64,000 nucleotides of DNA from Basidiobolus meristosporus CBS 931.73 (lineage: Eukaryota; Fungi; Basidiobolomycota), in assembly GCA_002104905.1 (NCBI GenBank), contig MCFE01000177.1, positions 78,353-142,352 of the forward strand. Reading direction: 5' to 3'. The notes under the pieces are model-generated. The model worked only from the letters and a program-made list of their open reading frames with translations, searched no databases and was not told the DNA's origin. The first letter of the stretch is position 1; each line of letters starts with the position of its first letter. Of the stretch, positions 1 through 13,317 are shown piece by piece. The position numbers were made by a program, and so were the translations under genes.

Positions 1-1
1 G

Positions 2-1810
2 ATCAAGAGCAGGGATGTTGTATTTGAGGAGAATTCAGATCAGAAAGCCACAGAAATCATTGGCCAGCTGCCTGATGATGCAATCAACACAAATGAGGAA
101 GATACGTACCAAATCCAGCCAGAGATGGAAGATACTTCTACCAGTTCCAGATCAGATCAGATTATCCCAGTTAGGAGATCTACCAGAATAAGAAGTGCCC
201 CTGGATCCTGGTGGCAGACATCCAATGATCATGAAGAAGCTTATCTTGCCTTATGTGCCAAACCTCAGAATCTGGAACAGGCAATGCAAGGTCCAGATGC
301 TACTAAGTGGCAACAAGCCATGCAGGAGGAGTACCAATCACTGATCAAGGCAAAAACGTGGGAACTGGTAGATTTACCAAATGGGAGAAAGCCAATAGGA
401 TGTAGATGGGTCTACAAGATCAAGATAACCTCAAATGGTGCCGTTGATAAGTACAAGGCTAGATTGGTAGCTAAAGGCTATTCCCAGATCCAGGGACTAG
501 ACTTTAAGGAAACATTTGCTCCGGTTGCCAAGTTTAACTCTATTAGGACAGTTCTAGCCCTGGCAGCTGTACACAGTCTAGATCTACACCAAATGGACGT
601 CAAAACAGCCTTTCTAAATGGGGACTTGCAAGAAACTATATATATGGAGCAACCAGAAGGTTTTACCGATCCAAAAAGCCCCCATAAGGTGTGCAAACTT
701 AGAAAATCGTTGTATGGGCTTAGGCAGGCACCCAGAGCATGGTATAACAAGATTGACACATATCTAGAGGAAATTGGGTTCTCTTGTAGCACTGCAGATC
801 ACAGTATATATGTGAAACAGCTCAAAAAGGGTGTGATCATCCTAGTTCTTTATGTGGACGACCTAATTATAGCTACAAGTGATCAAGAGGCACTTAAACA
901 GACAAAATCAGATCTCTTCAGCAAGTTTGAGATGAAAGATCTTGGAAAATTGAGCTATTTTCTTGGAATTGAGGTCAAATTTGACATACCTACGCAGAAA
1001 ATTGTGCTGAATCAGTCTAAGTACATCAGGGACATTCTTAGACGCTTCAAAATGGAAAATTGCAAGCCTGCAACAACCCCTATGGACAATAACCTAAAAT
1101 TAAGCAAATCTCAGCCAGTTATGGATGAAAACGGCTCAAATATGGACCAAAACTTTCCCTATCAATCAATGGTCAGTAGCCTAATGTACTTGATGGTGTC
1201 TACACGTCCAGATATTGCAGTAGCAGTTGGAATAGTCAGTCAATTCATGCAGAATTATGGATCAGATCAAATTGCAGCAGTCAAGCGGATTTTCAGATAT
1301 CTACAAGGTACCATAAATATGGTACCGGAATACTCTGGAGCAGCTAATAGGCGAAAATTTGATGGTTATAGTGATTCAGATTGGGGTAGAGATCTGATTG
1401 ACAGACGCTCCACCACAGGCTATGTATTTCTTTATGCTGGTGCAGCTATTACTTGGAATTGCAAGAAACAACCAACTGTGGCACTATCTACAACTGAAGC
1501 CAAATATATGGCTGCATGTCAAGCAACTAAGGAGGCTATATGGCTACAAAAATTATTCAAAGACTTAGGTTTTAATTCAGGTGAACCAACATGTATTTAC
1601 AAGGATAATCAAAGTTGTATTTCATTAGCTAGAAATCCTACTAATCACGCCAGAACTAAGCACATTGATATACAGCATCACTTTGTGAGGGAAGCTGTAG
1701 AAAATAACTTAGTAGAGCTGGTTTACTGCCCAACTGACAAAATGGTGGCAGACATATTGACAAAACCACTAGCTAGGCCACAGTTTGAGATCCTTAGAGA
1801 GAAATTGTGA
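2..1810 (+). CDS. Copia pol, partial and open from the window start: RT (RVT_2) + RNase H
   Basis: Frame open from position 2 (IKSRDVVFEE). Motifs [51 protein letters not shown]. The usual TEAEY reads TEAKY, so RNase H may be inactive. Confidence 0.92.
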   Translation: MKSRDVVFEENSDQKATEIIGQLPDDAINTNEEDTYQIQPEMEDTSTSSRSDQIIPVRRSTRIRSAPGSWWQTSNDHEEAYLALCAKPQNLEQAMQGPDATKWQQAMQEEYQSLIKAKTWELVDLPNGRKPIGCRWVYKIKITSNGAVDKYKARLVAKGYSQIQGLDFKETFAPVAKFNSIRTVLALAAVHSLDLHQMDVKTAFLNGDLQETIYMEQPEGFTDPKSPHKVCKLRKSLYGLRQAPRAWYNKIDTYLEEIGFSCSTADHSIYVKQLKKGVIILVLYVDDLIIATSDQEALKQTKSDLFSKFEMKDLGKLSYFLGIEVKFDIPTQKIVLNQSKYIRDILRRFKMENCKPATTPMDNNLKLSKSQPVMDENGSNMDQNFPYQSMVSSLMYLMVSTRPDIAVAVGIVSQFMQNYGSDQIAAVKRIFRYLQGTINMVPEYSGAANRRKFDGYSDSDWGRDLIDRRSTTGYVFLYAGAAITWNCKKQPTVALSTTEAKYMAACQATKEAIWLQKLFKDLGFNSGEPTCIYKDNQSCISLARNPTNHARTKHIDIQHHFVREAVENNLVELVYCPTDKMVADILTKPLARPQFEILREKL

Positions 1811-1837
1811 TTAAGAAATTATTTAGTTGAGGGGGAG

Positions 1838-2149
1838 TGTTGAAATATTGGACTATTTGGTATCATTCAGCAGCTAAAAATTTACTTAACAATTCTAGGC
1901 TAGTCTTAGTCACTGTAGGACTCATTTACTGCCTTAACTTTGCCACTTTCTCCAGATATATGATCTTATGATTATTCCCCTATAGTCAGGATCAAATTAG
2001 CACTATTACCAAACATTATGTACTAACCCTGAAACTGTTACAGAATGCTCCTGAATATTGAGAAACCCTCCCTACTTAGTGTTGCAGCTGTATTACTTCT
2101 ACAAAGGTATAAATACTGAGCTTCTTTATGAATAAACAACAGTTCAACA
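1838..2149 (+). repeat. 3' LTR of copia family A (312 bp)
   Basis: Starts right after the PPT, 7-bp inverted termini TGTTGAA/TTCAACA, TATAAATA at 2108 and AATAAA at 2131. Confidence 0.88.
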
Positions 2150-2683
2150 ATTATCACTATTTCTTGATAAGTTCCTTATATCCAAATCACTTCTTAAATT
2201 GCAACAAATACAAGGTGTATGACTACTTTGAAAAGCACATACTGAAAGCAATTAGGCTGAGGTGATAGAAGTATGTCATATGCAGCAGGTAAGCACACTT
2301 GTAAGTGGTGGTGAGCAGGAGGCCATAATTTTTATTACTTAAGCAATATGCAGAATTACCACTCTTGTCAAGAGTTGCTCCTAAACTAGCATAATTCTTT
2401 AGTGGAAAATATGAGTGGCAAAAGGGGAGGTGACAAATTGAAATTACTTTTTGTAATTTGACATGGAAGTATCATATTGAACTATCTGAATGTTGCCATA
2501 TTGCTGTATCTATGTCAACCAAGGTCCACAAAAGGCTGCAAAATCACTATAACATTCTTTGCTATATAGGTACCAGTTGAGGTCTTCTCAAATGAATTCA
2601 GACCACATTGGAGCCACCCAAAGCCATGCCAACTTTGCAAAAAGACCAGTGTGTTTACTACTATGATTCCTTGTATGGACAGA

Positions 2684-3414
2684 GGACTTGTTTGGTTGGA
2701 GAGTGCCACCTTGATCTATGAGTGCCAAATAATGCCATAGTGTGCCAGAGAGGCGAAGTGAACATATACTTGGCCACAGAGTGTGAAACATAGCTCTGCA
2801 TCTACATGCAAAGCCACCCCTGTGTTTCACCATGATGTAGGAGAAAATCTATTTTTTGACATTTTTGTGTGAATCAATGTTGTGCAGGATGTGCAAGATC
2901 ACAGAAGAACTGAAGATATGCATCAGGCAATCAATACCCATGGCACTCTGAATCTAGCTTTTGTGGCTTGTAACATGTCAGAAAATGCATGGTGCCATCT
3001 TAGTCCACTGATACAATCTGGCACTATAAGTGCTTTGTATAGATCTTACTTTAGGGCTAATTATTAAATATAGTGCCAGATAGTACCAGTGGACCAAGAT
3101 AGTGCCATGCATTTTCAGACTTGTTACAAGCCACAGGAGCTAGATTCAGGGTGCCACGGATATTGAGTATTGGGTGTATATCTTCAATCCTGTTTTGCTT
3201 TCACACATCCTGCACAACTTTGACCTAAAAAAAAAGGTCAAAGAATGGATTTTCTCCAACACAATGGGTGAAACATAGGGGCAGCTTTGCATGAAGATGC
3301 AGCGCTATGTTTCAAATTCTGTGGTCAAGTATAGGTTCATTTGGCCTCCCTGGCAGACTATGACAGCATTTAGTACTCATGGCTCAATGTGGCACTATCC
3401 AATGGAACAAGTCT
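2684..3414. mobile_element. Foldback MITE copy A (~345-bp TIRs, ~43-bp spacer), TSD AGA
   Basis: Arms are reverse complements, termini (A/G)GAC...GTCT, AGA at 2681-2683 and 3415-3417. Confidence 0.85.
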
Positions 3415-3550
3415 AGAGCATTACTGTCATAAACCCATTATAAAACTGCTCTGAGGGTAGCAACTCTCAGGTGGCTGACATTGTAGGATCTTTTGAAGTA
3501 TTAGAGCAATACATTGGAAGTGAATTGGAGAATTAGAAGATTTTCATAAT

Positions 3551-4282
3551 AGACTTGCTCTGTTGGATAATGCTGCATAGAGCCATGAGTGCAAAATAGT
3601 GCCATTGCAGACAAGAGAGGCATAGCAGACCTGAACTTGGTCACCGAGTGTGAAACATAGCTCTGCATCTTCATGCAATGCTTCCCCTATGTGTCACCCA
3701 TTTTACTGAACAAAATTCATTTTTTGACCTTTTTTTTGGATCAATGTCGTGTAGGATGTGTAAGAGCACATAAGGACTGAAGACATGCATCTGGTACCCA
3801 ATACCCATGGCACCCTGAATCTAGCTCCTGTAGCTTGTATCATGTTACAAAAATGCATAGCAGGATCTTGGTCCACTGGTGCTATCAGGCACTATATTTA
3901 AATATTAGCTCTAAAGTATGACCTATACAAAGCACTTAGAATGCCAAATAGTACCAGTGGACCAAGATAGTACCATTCATTTTTGTGACACAAAACAAGC
4001 AACAGGAGCTAGATTCAGAGTGCCATGGGTATTGAGTACCATGTGCATGTCTTCAATCCTTCTGTGCTCTTATACATCATGCAGAACATTGATTCAAAAA
4101 AAAGGTCAAAAAATGAATTTTGTCCAGTACAATGGGTGAAACATAGAGGCTGCTTTGCATAAAGATGCAGAGCTATGTTTCACACTCTGTGGCCAAGTAT
4201 AGGCTTGCTTGGTCTCCCTGGCACACTGTGGCATCATTTGGCACTCAAGGCTCAATGTGGTATTATCCAATGGAACAAGTCT
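3551..4282. mobile_element. Foldback MITE copy B (spacer reversed relative to A), flanks AAT/ATT
   Basis: AGACTTGCTC...GGAACAAGTCT, long inverted arms homologous to A, C and D. TSD has one mismatch. Confidence 0.85.
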
Positions 4283-7256
4283 ATTCACTTGTTGATTTAT
4301 GAGTTGCAATACAACATTTATATTTATTGCAGAAATACATATGTATACCCATTTAGTCATTATTAGGGAGTTCTCAGGAGCATATGGGCCAAGTTTCAGC
4401 ACATTTGGACAAATTTCAGATTTTCCTCATATTTTGTACTTCATTAATTCCCAATTATAAGCAAATATCTTACAAACTAATTTCTAAGTTGATAATCTGA
4501 AATTCATCATCTCACTAAGACCTAGCTCATATATATTAATAGTCAGGTGGACTCCAATTATATCAATAGGTGCCTCATTGCTGTATCTTAACAGCTGACT
4601 TAGATTGGGCCTACCCATCATGACAAAGCTATCTTTCTTATGGCTTTCTGCATGCAATATCATCTGACAAAAGTTTTTAAGGAATACTTGGGTTCTATCT
4701 CTATCCAGATTTGAGCGGACTACAGTCTCAAGCTTTTCAATTGACCATTGTTTAGCTGCAATCCCCCAAGTAACCAGCTTCTTAACATACTAATATGCAG
4801 AGCTCATCATTCTCAGAAATGTCAGTGTACAAAAAGTGTTCATATTCTAATCAGCAAAAGTGTTACTATCTAAAACTTGACAGGAAATCAGCATTGTTCA
4901 CTAGCTACAGAGATGTATATTATCTTTGCCAGTATTTGAGCATACATAGGAAAGATTCAAAATTAGTAAACAATGCCTGCTATGAGTGTTATTTACAAGC
5001 AGTGTCACTAGGGTGGGATGGCAATTGGAATAGATTCATGCGCATACCAGCACTACCAGGTCCAGCACCTCATCTGTTAGTCTTTGCAATATTCCGGTGC
5101 ATATTCTTAAGCACTGCTCATTGAGAAGTGCAGCAACCTCTTAATGAGCCAATTGATATTACAAAATTCCACTGTAAGCATTGCTATAGTCTTTTGAGTT
5201 GTTACCATTGTTGCTTTGTCTCACAGTGGGATCTCAATGCTGTCTATAATGCAGGACATGGAGGCTGTGGTAGGCAGATTGAATTTCTCTGCAAACTCAT
5301 CCACCTTGCTGGATTGTAGCTCAACTAGCTGTACTTCCAACTCTTCAGAGAGCAGCTTTTGTCTTGCTGGTTATTCTTTTTGGCTATGATGGAACTCAGC
5401 CTGTCCTGGGCTAACAGCATTAAATGGTGAGAACTCCAGCTGTTTTCTCATGCTTCCCCATCTCTGGCTTGGGTAGACCATTTCCACTTTAGCCTTTTTT
5501 TATTACTGCCAAGTGCATATTGTATTGTACTCTGTATTTTCCTTGATGAATGTAGCACTGGTGCATCCAGTTTGGCCTGCTTGTCCATTGCCAGCTCTAT
5601 CCTGACAACAAAATGTTTCTTTCCACTTGATTGGAGCTTCCAGCCCTGCTTGTGATGGGCTCCTGAGAAAGCCATGAGTTTTTAGCTCCATCAAGTCCTT
5701 CACTGAGACTGTGTCTGAGTGTTTCTTTTACTAAATAATATTTTCTCCTTAAAAAATACTGCTCTGATGCATCTGTTACTGCCTGCCTGGCTCTTACTGA
5801 CCCTATTCTGGCTACCCAAGATTTCTTTACTACTTGTTTGGAGCATTCAGCCCTGCTTGTGGCAAGCTCTTGAGTAAGTCAGTAGTCTCAGCCATGGCAC
5901 ACTTATCCTTCTGCCTCTGATAGTCTCTGCTCTTCTTCAGATACTTGCTTAGCATATCAATGCAGACCAAAAATCTGTTTGCCGGCTTGAATCCTGGATA
6001 ATGCTCAGGGTACAAGTAAAGAATGTGAGTACTAAATGTAATACCCATTCTTTGCCCAAGAGCTCCTCCCAAGTTCTGCCCAAAGTCTCTCCAGTATCCT
6101 CCTTATGAGTCACTCATATATCCTTCCTCCTCTTCCTGTCCTCACCTAATGAGAATGCTTACCATAACATGAAGGTGCTCACACCCCTATTTTAAAACAC
6201 ATTGCTTATTGCATAAGCCCCTCTCAAAGACATAAATATATACCCAACTGAGACAAGTGGAAGGGGACAAACTTTTCAATGTAATAAACATAGTCTTTAT
6301 TACCTTGCTACCTTTTATCAGAAGCTATTCTGAATAGAGTGGTACTGACTTGATCTACAAGCTCTCCCAACTACCAAGTACAGTCAGTAATAGCCCACAA
6401 AGCACACTCTGCTTAGTCTTAAGTTCCTGGTGGTCCCATGGTACGCTGGCCTTAAGGTGTTGGCATACTAGACTTCTGACAGCCTAAACTAGATAGCTAA
6501 TGCTAATAACTAATCAGGGTAAACATCATATGGGGATAATGCTAATAATATGGGCAAAAGAAGAATGGATTATACTGATAAGGTAAAAAATTGATAAGTA
6601 CAACATAATAGCTATATGAGTAAACTTGTCTGTGGGAGGTATGTTTACACTACCACACCACAATTTTATTTATAAAGCTAAATATGGTGGGTCATCATTG
6701 AATCTTGTATTCATGTATGTGCAATATCTCAAATACAAGACTGTTTTAAATTCATATGAGTATTGCCCAGAAAAATGATACAATAGCATTACATTGTTGA
6801 GTGTCAAACTGCTTACCCCATGGACAAGAATACTGTTATTCAGCTCTATAAGAGAAGAGAAAAAGACCATGTGGCTGTTGTAGTAGCCTCTCAGCCATGA
6901 TGTATGCAGGCGGCACACAAATTATCACAAGGATCATGGTCAGTGTTTTGCCATGCCAGCCATATTTGACCATTCTTCAGTCACTATTGTACTAAAAATA
7001 TCCTGCTGGCCAGTTTATACTCCTACAATGACACCTGGCCATACTTGTCACCTTGGGCAAACTGAGTCAGGTGAGTTTGTGACACCTTTAAGCTCACCCA
7101 GCCTTCTTAATATGACACACAGAGTAATAGCTCTGAAGAAGCAGGCTGACTGATAGATTGTGAGCCTTTGTCACCTAACAACAATACCCTGCATGAGCCA
7201 GGCAAAGACCCAATATTCAATGAGACAACACCTGTGAAAAAATTGCTTAGGATACT

Positions 7257-7990
7257 AGACCTGTTCCGTTGGATAGTGCCACATTGAGCCATGGGTGCCA
7301 AAAGATGCCACAGTGTCCCAGGGAGGCCAAGTGAGCCTATATTTGGCCACAAAGTGTGAAACATAGCTCTGCATCTTCATGCAAAGCAGCCCCTGTGTTT
7401 CACCCATTGTACTGGAGAAAATCCATTTTTTGACCTTTTTTTTTGGATCAACATTACTCAGAATGTGTGAGAGCACAAAACAATTGAAGACATGCATCTG
7501 GTACTCAATACCCATGGCACTTTGAATCTAGCTCTTATGGCTTGTATTGTGTCATAAAAGTGCATAGCACTATCTTGGTCCACTGGAACTATCTGGCACT
7601 ATAAGTGCTATATATAGGTCTTACTTTAGGGCTAATATTTAAATATAGTGCCTGATAGTACCAGTGGACCAGGATAGTGCCATGCATTTTTGTGACATGA
7701 TACAAGCTACAGGAGCTAGATTCAGAGTGCCATGGGTATTGAGTACCAGATGCATGTCTTCAATTGTTTTGTGCTCTCACACATTCTGAGTAATGTTGAT
7801 CCAAAAAAAAAGGTCAAAAAATGGACTTTCTCCAGCACAATGAGTGAAACACAGGGGCTGCTTTGCATGCAGATGCAGAGCTGTGTTTCACACTCTGTGG
7901 CCAAATATAGGCTCACTTGGACTCCTTGGCACACTATGGCATCATTTGGCACTCATGGCTCAATGTGGCACTATCCAACAGAACAAGTCT
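7257..7990. mobile_element. Foldback MITE copy C, TSD ACT
   Basis: AGACCTGTTCC...GAACAAGTCT, ACT at 7254-7256 and 7991-7993. Confidence 0.9.
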
Positions 7991-8074
7991 ACTTTATGAA
8001 GTCAAGTGAGCTCAGTAACCCATCCACTGGTGAATGATGTGGTGTTGTGGCTAGAGTTGTGCCACTAATTACAG

Positions 8075-10430
8075 CAATGGGGGCTTTGATGATTTTCTAT
8101 TACTTCTTGCCAAAACCATTCCAGGATGCAACTTACCATGTACATGGTTTAAGTTGATAACCATCATGTGGCTGGCAACACATGACCCAGAGACTCTCCT
8201 GATTCCAGCATGTGATAACAGATACATGGCATTCACATCAGATTATGCCACCATTGCATGGTGTCCAACTTGTCAGGAATCCACCACCATTAGGGGAAAA
8301 CACTGTACACACTGAAGATATATTGCAGTAATATCGCATCTAAAGAAGCTTTTGCAGTCTGATAAATATTAGACTTGTTCCGTTAGATAGTGCCACATTG
8401 AGCAATGCATGCCAAATGATGCCATAGTGTGCCAAGGAGGCCAAGTGAGCCTATACTTGGCCACAGAGTGTGAAACACAGCTCTGTATCTTCAAGCAAAG
8501 CAGCCCCTGTGTTTCACCCATTGAGCTGGAGAAAATCCATTTTTTGACCTTTTTTTCTGGATCAACATTGTACAGGATGTGTGAGAGCACAGAGGGACTC
8601 AAGACAAGCATTGGGTACCCAATACCCATGGCACTCTGTATCTAGCTCTTGTAGCTTGTATCATGTCACAAAAATGAATGGCACTATCTTGGTCCACTGG
8701 TACTATCTGGCACTATATTTAATTATTAGCCCTAAAGTAAAGCCTATATAAAGCACTTATAGTGCCAGATAGTACCAGTGGACCAAGATAGTGCCATTCA
8801 TTTTTGTGACATGATACAAGCTACAGGAGCTAGATTCAGAGTGCCATGGGTATTGGGTACCCAATGCTTGTCTTGAATCTTTTTGTGCTCTTACACATCC
8901 TGCACAACATTGATCCAAAAAAAAAGGTCAAAAAATGGATTTTCTCCAGCTCAATGGGTGAAACACAGGGGCTGCTTTGCATGAAGATGCAGAGCTGTGT
9001 TTCACACTCTGTGGCCAAGTATAGGCTCACTTGGCCTCCCTGGCACACTATGGCATCATTTGGCACTCATGGCTCAATGTGGCACTATCCAACGGAACAA
9101 GTCTATTGCAAGGCTATAAAGTACTGCACTAGCCATCAATCAAGTGCAATCATATCCAATATATTTGATGGTTTACATTAGAAGCTGCTAAAAAGCAAAG
9201 GCTACTTTCAAGGTATTTGCTACCATGCCTTTGCCTTACACTGTGCCAGCTAATCCTGAGGGTCACTGATTCTCATCAGCTGGTATCTGCTACCTATCTT
9301 ACAGTATCAGAGCAGAAATCTTGCAGTAGTCTCACTGCTAACTGGTCCTAAACTACCATCAAATCTGGATAGCTCCCTGTATCCAATACTGGAGGAGCTT
9401 TGTATGCTTTCCAGTGTGACAACAGTAAATGGCCATCATGTCAAAGCACATATTAGTATTTGGACTGGAGATACCCCAGCCATTAGCAAGATATCTGGCA
9501 CTTCTAGGCATGATTAATGGTATTGCTGTCAAATGTGTGAGAACAAGGGCGTTACTTCATAACTCACACGCATTATTATTATCCAAATATCAACACTAAG
9601 AACATCATCTTGCTACAAAGAAAATGTACAGAAATCAGCATGCAATTTCAGTAAAGTTAGCAAGCTGTAAGCCATTGGCTGGAATATGGAATTAATTGCA
9701 AGCTTGAGATACTTAAGATAGAGGGTATATGTTGGAGTAAAAGCTTACCACTGAGAGCAATGCATTTGCATTTCACTATATTCCTATACTGATGGCCAAG
9801 TTGTACATGGGGCATTTCAAGCAATATGAGCCCTTTGAGATAATAGAGCAATTTGAAGGAATGGGCAAGATATTACAAAGTATCTGCTGCCCTAAGAGCT
9901 TCTCATAGGCTCCAAGTAGTGCTCATATGCATATGCAACAATACAAGTACAAGGACTGGATGAATTAAATATGTCCTTATTCAGGTGGCTGTCAGAATAC
10001 ACTTCTACTAAGAGTACATTGGAAGCATTGGGGGTCATATGTGGACATTGCAGGAATATTTATCCAGAAGCATATCACCAATGCCAACTTGACACATATA
10101 CAGTTTTTGTGGAGGGAGCTTGTCACAGGACTTGAGTGACTATACTACAAGCATTAAGCTGAGACACAGATCTCTGCTTCTACTGTATCCTTTCTCCACT
10201 CCATCTTGCTTGGTGTGTGGAGAATATTGGGCTGTGCTTCACCTTTTGGGAGCTTCCTATGGAGCACATGTGTGGGGCAGTAAGAAGATAAGTCAAGTGG
10301 CAGGTACTACCATATCCCAGTCTCATCAAGAATATTAGCTTCAGGTCTGTCATGGATGTGACGAGTTGGCGCATAGAGGACAGCCAAGAAGAGTTGGAAA
10401 ATATTGCAGACAGATGTGCATATGGAGACA
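8075..10430 (+). pseudogene. CACTA/EnSpm (Transposase_21/Tnp2-like) transposase relic, interrupted by MITE D; boundaries approximate
   Basis: Broken frames give TGPKLPSNLDSSLYPILEEL, DTPAISKISG..H..CCQMC, AMHL and FWELPMEHMCG, matching Tnp2 motifs GPKxP..DxFLxP, DxPA..K..G.GH...C..C, DxMH and WxFxMER. Confidence 0.7.
8371..9104. mobile_element. Foldback MITE copy D, TSD ATT, inserted in a CACTA transposase relic
   Basis: AGACTTGTTCC...GGAACAAGTCT, ATT on both sides. The homologous empty site at ~39700-39725 reads AATATTG, consistent with a 3-bp duplication. Confidence 0.92.
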
Positions 10431-13317
10431 CTAATACTTATGGTATTGAGAAGCTAAGCAGCCCCAACGTGTGGGCAATCAGTCAAATATTGCAAAGTTG
10501 GATTGAGTGCAACAAGCAACTAATTTGTATTGCAAAAACTCTACTAAAGTATGCTAAGAAAACCAAGTTCCTTCTAGAAAGTTCTACTACATTATAGCAA
10601 CCTCTTGGAAGCCTCAAGTCAATGTAACTTAATGAAACATTCTACAGAATCTTCCCATAGGATTTATATAGTCCCATACCTTATGTGGTGGTTACATGCC
10701 ATATGACCTGGTCACATGATCAGCCAACCCCTGACATATCCCCATTTCATAAGCTAATATGTTCTTTAGTATATTTCTGTCTTGGCACACTTATTATGCC
10801 TCACCCCTTGAACCCCATCAGTATTAGCCAATATCTCTTGGCATCCATATTACCAAAAAGTATTTATAGTCTTATCCCCCCTTATGTATTCCTCAGTCTG
10901 ATAAACACAGGTCTTGAATAAAAAGTCTAGCCTTGGAAATCTGCCTTGCCTTGTTGATCCACACCTAATTCCTTTCCTAGTATGGCCTTGCCTAGCCCTA
11001 GTCTCCTGCCTTGTGTCTATCCATAACAGCTTTATCAAATTACTCTTGACTTATCTGTGGATCTCTGCCTTTGACCCACAGTTCTTGAGAAGAACTTGTA
11101 AAGGAATAACCACCATAAGCATCACCCTGAATTTTTTTCTAGTCTAGTCCTCTAAAGGCAAAGTTACTTTTCTTTGTAAAATTTTTGGGCCAAGCTGCAT
11201 TTATTTTATTACCCTGCTGGTGTAGTTTACAGTTGTTACAGCGTTAGAAGCTTTAGTACAATACTCTATTAAAGGAAGTTAAAGCCAGTACCTTCTGAAG
11301 TGACACTAACTTATTCAAAGTTGGAGATTGTAGCTCAATAATTATATTCTTGACTAACTAGTGGCTTTATAACCCACATATTAGCCAGTAGTATTGGGTA
11401 TTCTTGAACAAGCTCAAGAAACCTTTCTACCTCCTGCAACCCCAACATGTCCAGTATAGAGTATAACTTTGCAAGTGTCATGGCTGCCATTGCCCAGTAG
11501 CAACAACACAATACATATCTCTGAAACACTGTTGCTCAGCTTTAGAGCCAAAATACTCAACAGTCTATCCATACTCCCTCCTACCATGACCCCAAGATCA
11601 CTTCCACTACCAAGTTCAGTGGCTCCTAAAATGAGTTCCAAGGTTTCATCAACATAGTCAAACACCACTTGTTGCTATAACCCAATTGGTTCCCAACAGA
11701 TCAAGCAGAAGTTGGATGCACCTCCAATTTACTCACTGAAACTGCCCAGAAATAGTTCTCCCCTCTACTCAGTGACTACCAGGCCTTCCTCACAGAAATG
11801 GAGCTAACATTTGGCAACATTGACCAAGCCAGGACTGCTGCCAACAAGATCAAGAACATGAAGCAAGGAAACAGACCTGCATCTGCCTTTGCTTCTGAAT
11901 TCTGCCTACTAACCAGTGACTTAAGCATTTGGGGTGATGCTGCCATAACTAGTCAGTTTCAAGATGGACTTAATGATGAAGTCAGTGACCTACTACTCAC
12001 ACTCCCTGACCCAACTACCTTGGGTGAAGCTATATATCAAGCAAACCAATATGACAAATGACTTTTCCAGAAGAAACAAAAGTTCTGGCATACTCACCAG
12101 CCAACCCCCTTCCCAGTAATCCAGTCACCCAGTACTAATCCTGATGATCCTATGCAGCTTGACAGTGCCAAATACAAGAAACATACAAAAGAAGAAAGGT
12201 CCAGGGGTCAACAGGCAAACCTCTGCCTTTACAGTGCCCAACCATGCCATTTTGTCAAGTCATGTCCCAACAAGAAGTCCAGCTTCAGACTCTTGCAATC
12301 ATCAAGTAGACAGCATTCTCCACAGTTTGTGGGAAACACCGGTATCCAGTTACAATAACAGGCTTGTAACTGGACCCTCCAATGAAAATTCAACACATTC
12401 AAGAAATATCCTACGCTACCAAGTCCATCCAGTCCTTAAGAATGCCTGTCAACATTCATATCCCTGAATCCAGTCCTGTCCATGACCTTGCCCTCATAGA
12501 TTCTGGTGCTTCCTCCAGTTTCATTGATCAGTTCTTTGTCCAGAAGCACAAAATCCCCACTATCCTGAAATCCTGTCCTGTCCAAGTAGCAGTATTTGAT
12601 GGAAGATCTCTCTCCTCTGGTGCTGTTACCCATGAGACATGTCTACTCCAGCTGTCCAGTACTGGTCACCAGAAGAAACTAGCCTTTAACATCATCAACC
12701 CTCTCAACTACTCCATAGTCCTTGGAAGCTCATGACTTGGTCACCATAACCTAGCTATCATCTGGAAGACCAAAACCCTGACATTTTCCAGAGTCCATTG
12801 GGTCAACTCCGTGAAAGCACCTGACTTCTCAGGTCAAGAAGTATCTTTCCCCAAGCTACACCGGATGCAAGAACCCAGCATTACTGAAGGAACCCCCTCC
12901 AATGGAATGCCCACCAAGTACCAAGAGTTTACCCATGTCTTTGATAAGAGAGCAGAACTATTCCTAGCACATAGACCCTATGACTGTCCCATTGACCTTG
13001 AAGATGGATAAACCCCACCTTTTGGCCTTACCTATAACCTCTTGCAACCTGAGTTGAACAAACTCCATGGCCATTTCCAAGAAAACCTCCATAAAGGTTT
13101 TATTCAGCACTCTAAGTCCCCAGGTGGTGCCCCAATCCTCTTTGTTGAACAAAAGGATGGTACCCTAAGAATGTGTGTAGACTACTGTGCACTGAATAAG
13201 ATCACAATCAAGAGCTGGTACCCTTTGCCCCTGATCAGCACCCTGTTGGATCAATTTTCTGCTGCCAAAGTGTTTACTAAAATTGGGCTCAGAGGAGCTT
13301 ATAATCTTGTCAGGATT

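Larger units (their letters stand above)
1..2149 (+). mobile_element. Ty1/copia LTR retrotransposon (family A), 3' portion: end of integrase, RT, RNase H, PPT, 3' LTR
   Basis: Copia RT/RNase H ORF, then polypurine tract GAGGGGGAG (1829-1837), then an LTR bounded by TGTTGAA...TTCAACA. Confidence 0.95.

Noticed and set aside
4283-7250. Possible hAT or other transposase relic hosting the MITEs, including a ~60-bp duplication at ~5630 and ~5835
   Set aside because: CpG-depleted and probably TE-derived, but too degraded for any family motif to be supported.
2588-9181. Recurring small ORFs (MFHTLWP..., MGIEYQ..., MPNDAIV...)
   Set aside because: They recur only because they fall in MITE arms. They occur on both strands, have variable stops and show no domain motif.
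11326-11340. tRNA-like TAGCTCAAT (also at ~22204-22217)
   Set aside because: Only an A-box-like fragment; no B-box or cloverleaf. It lies in retroelement leader sequence.
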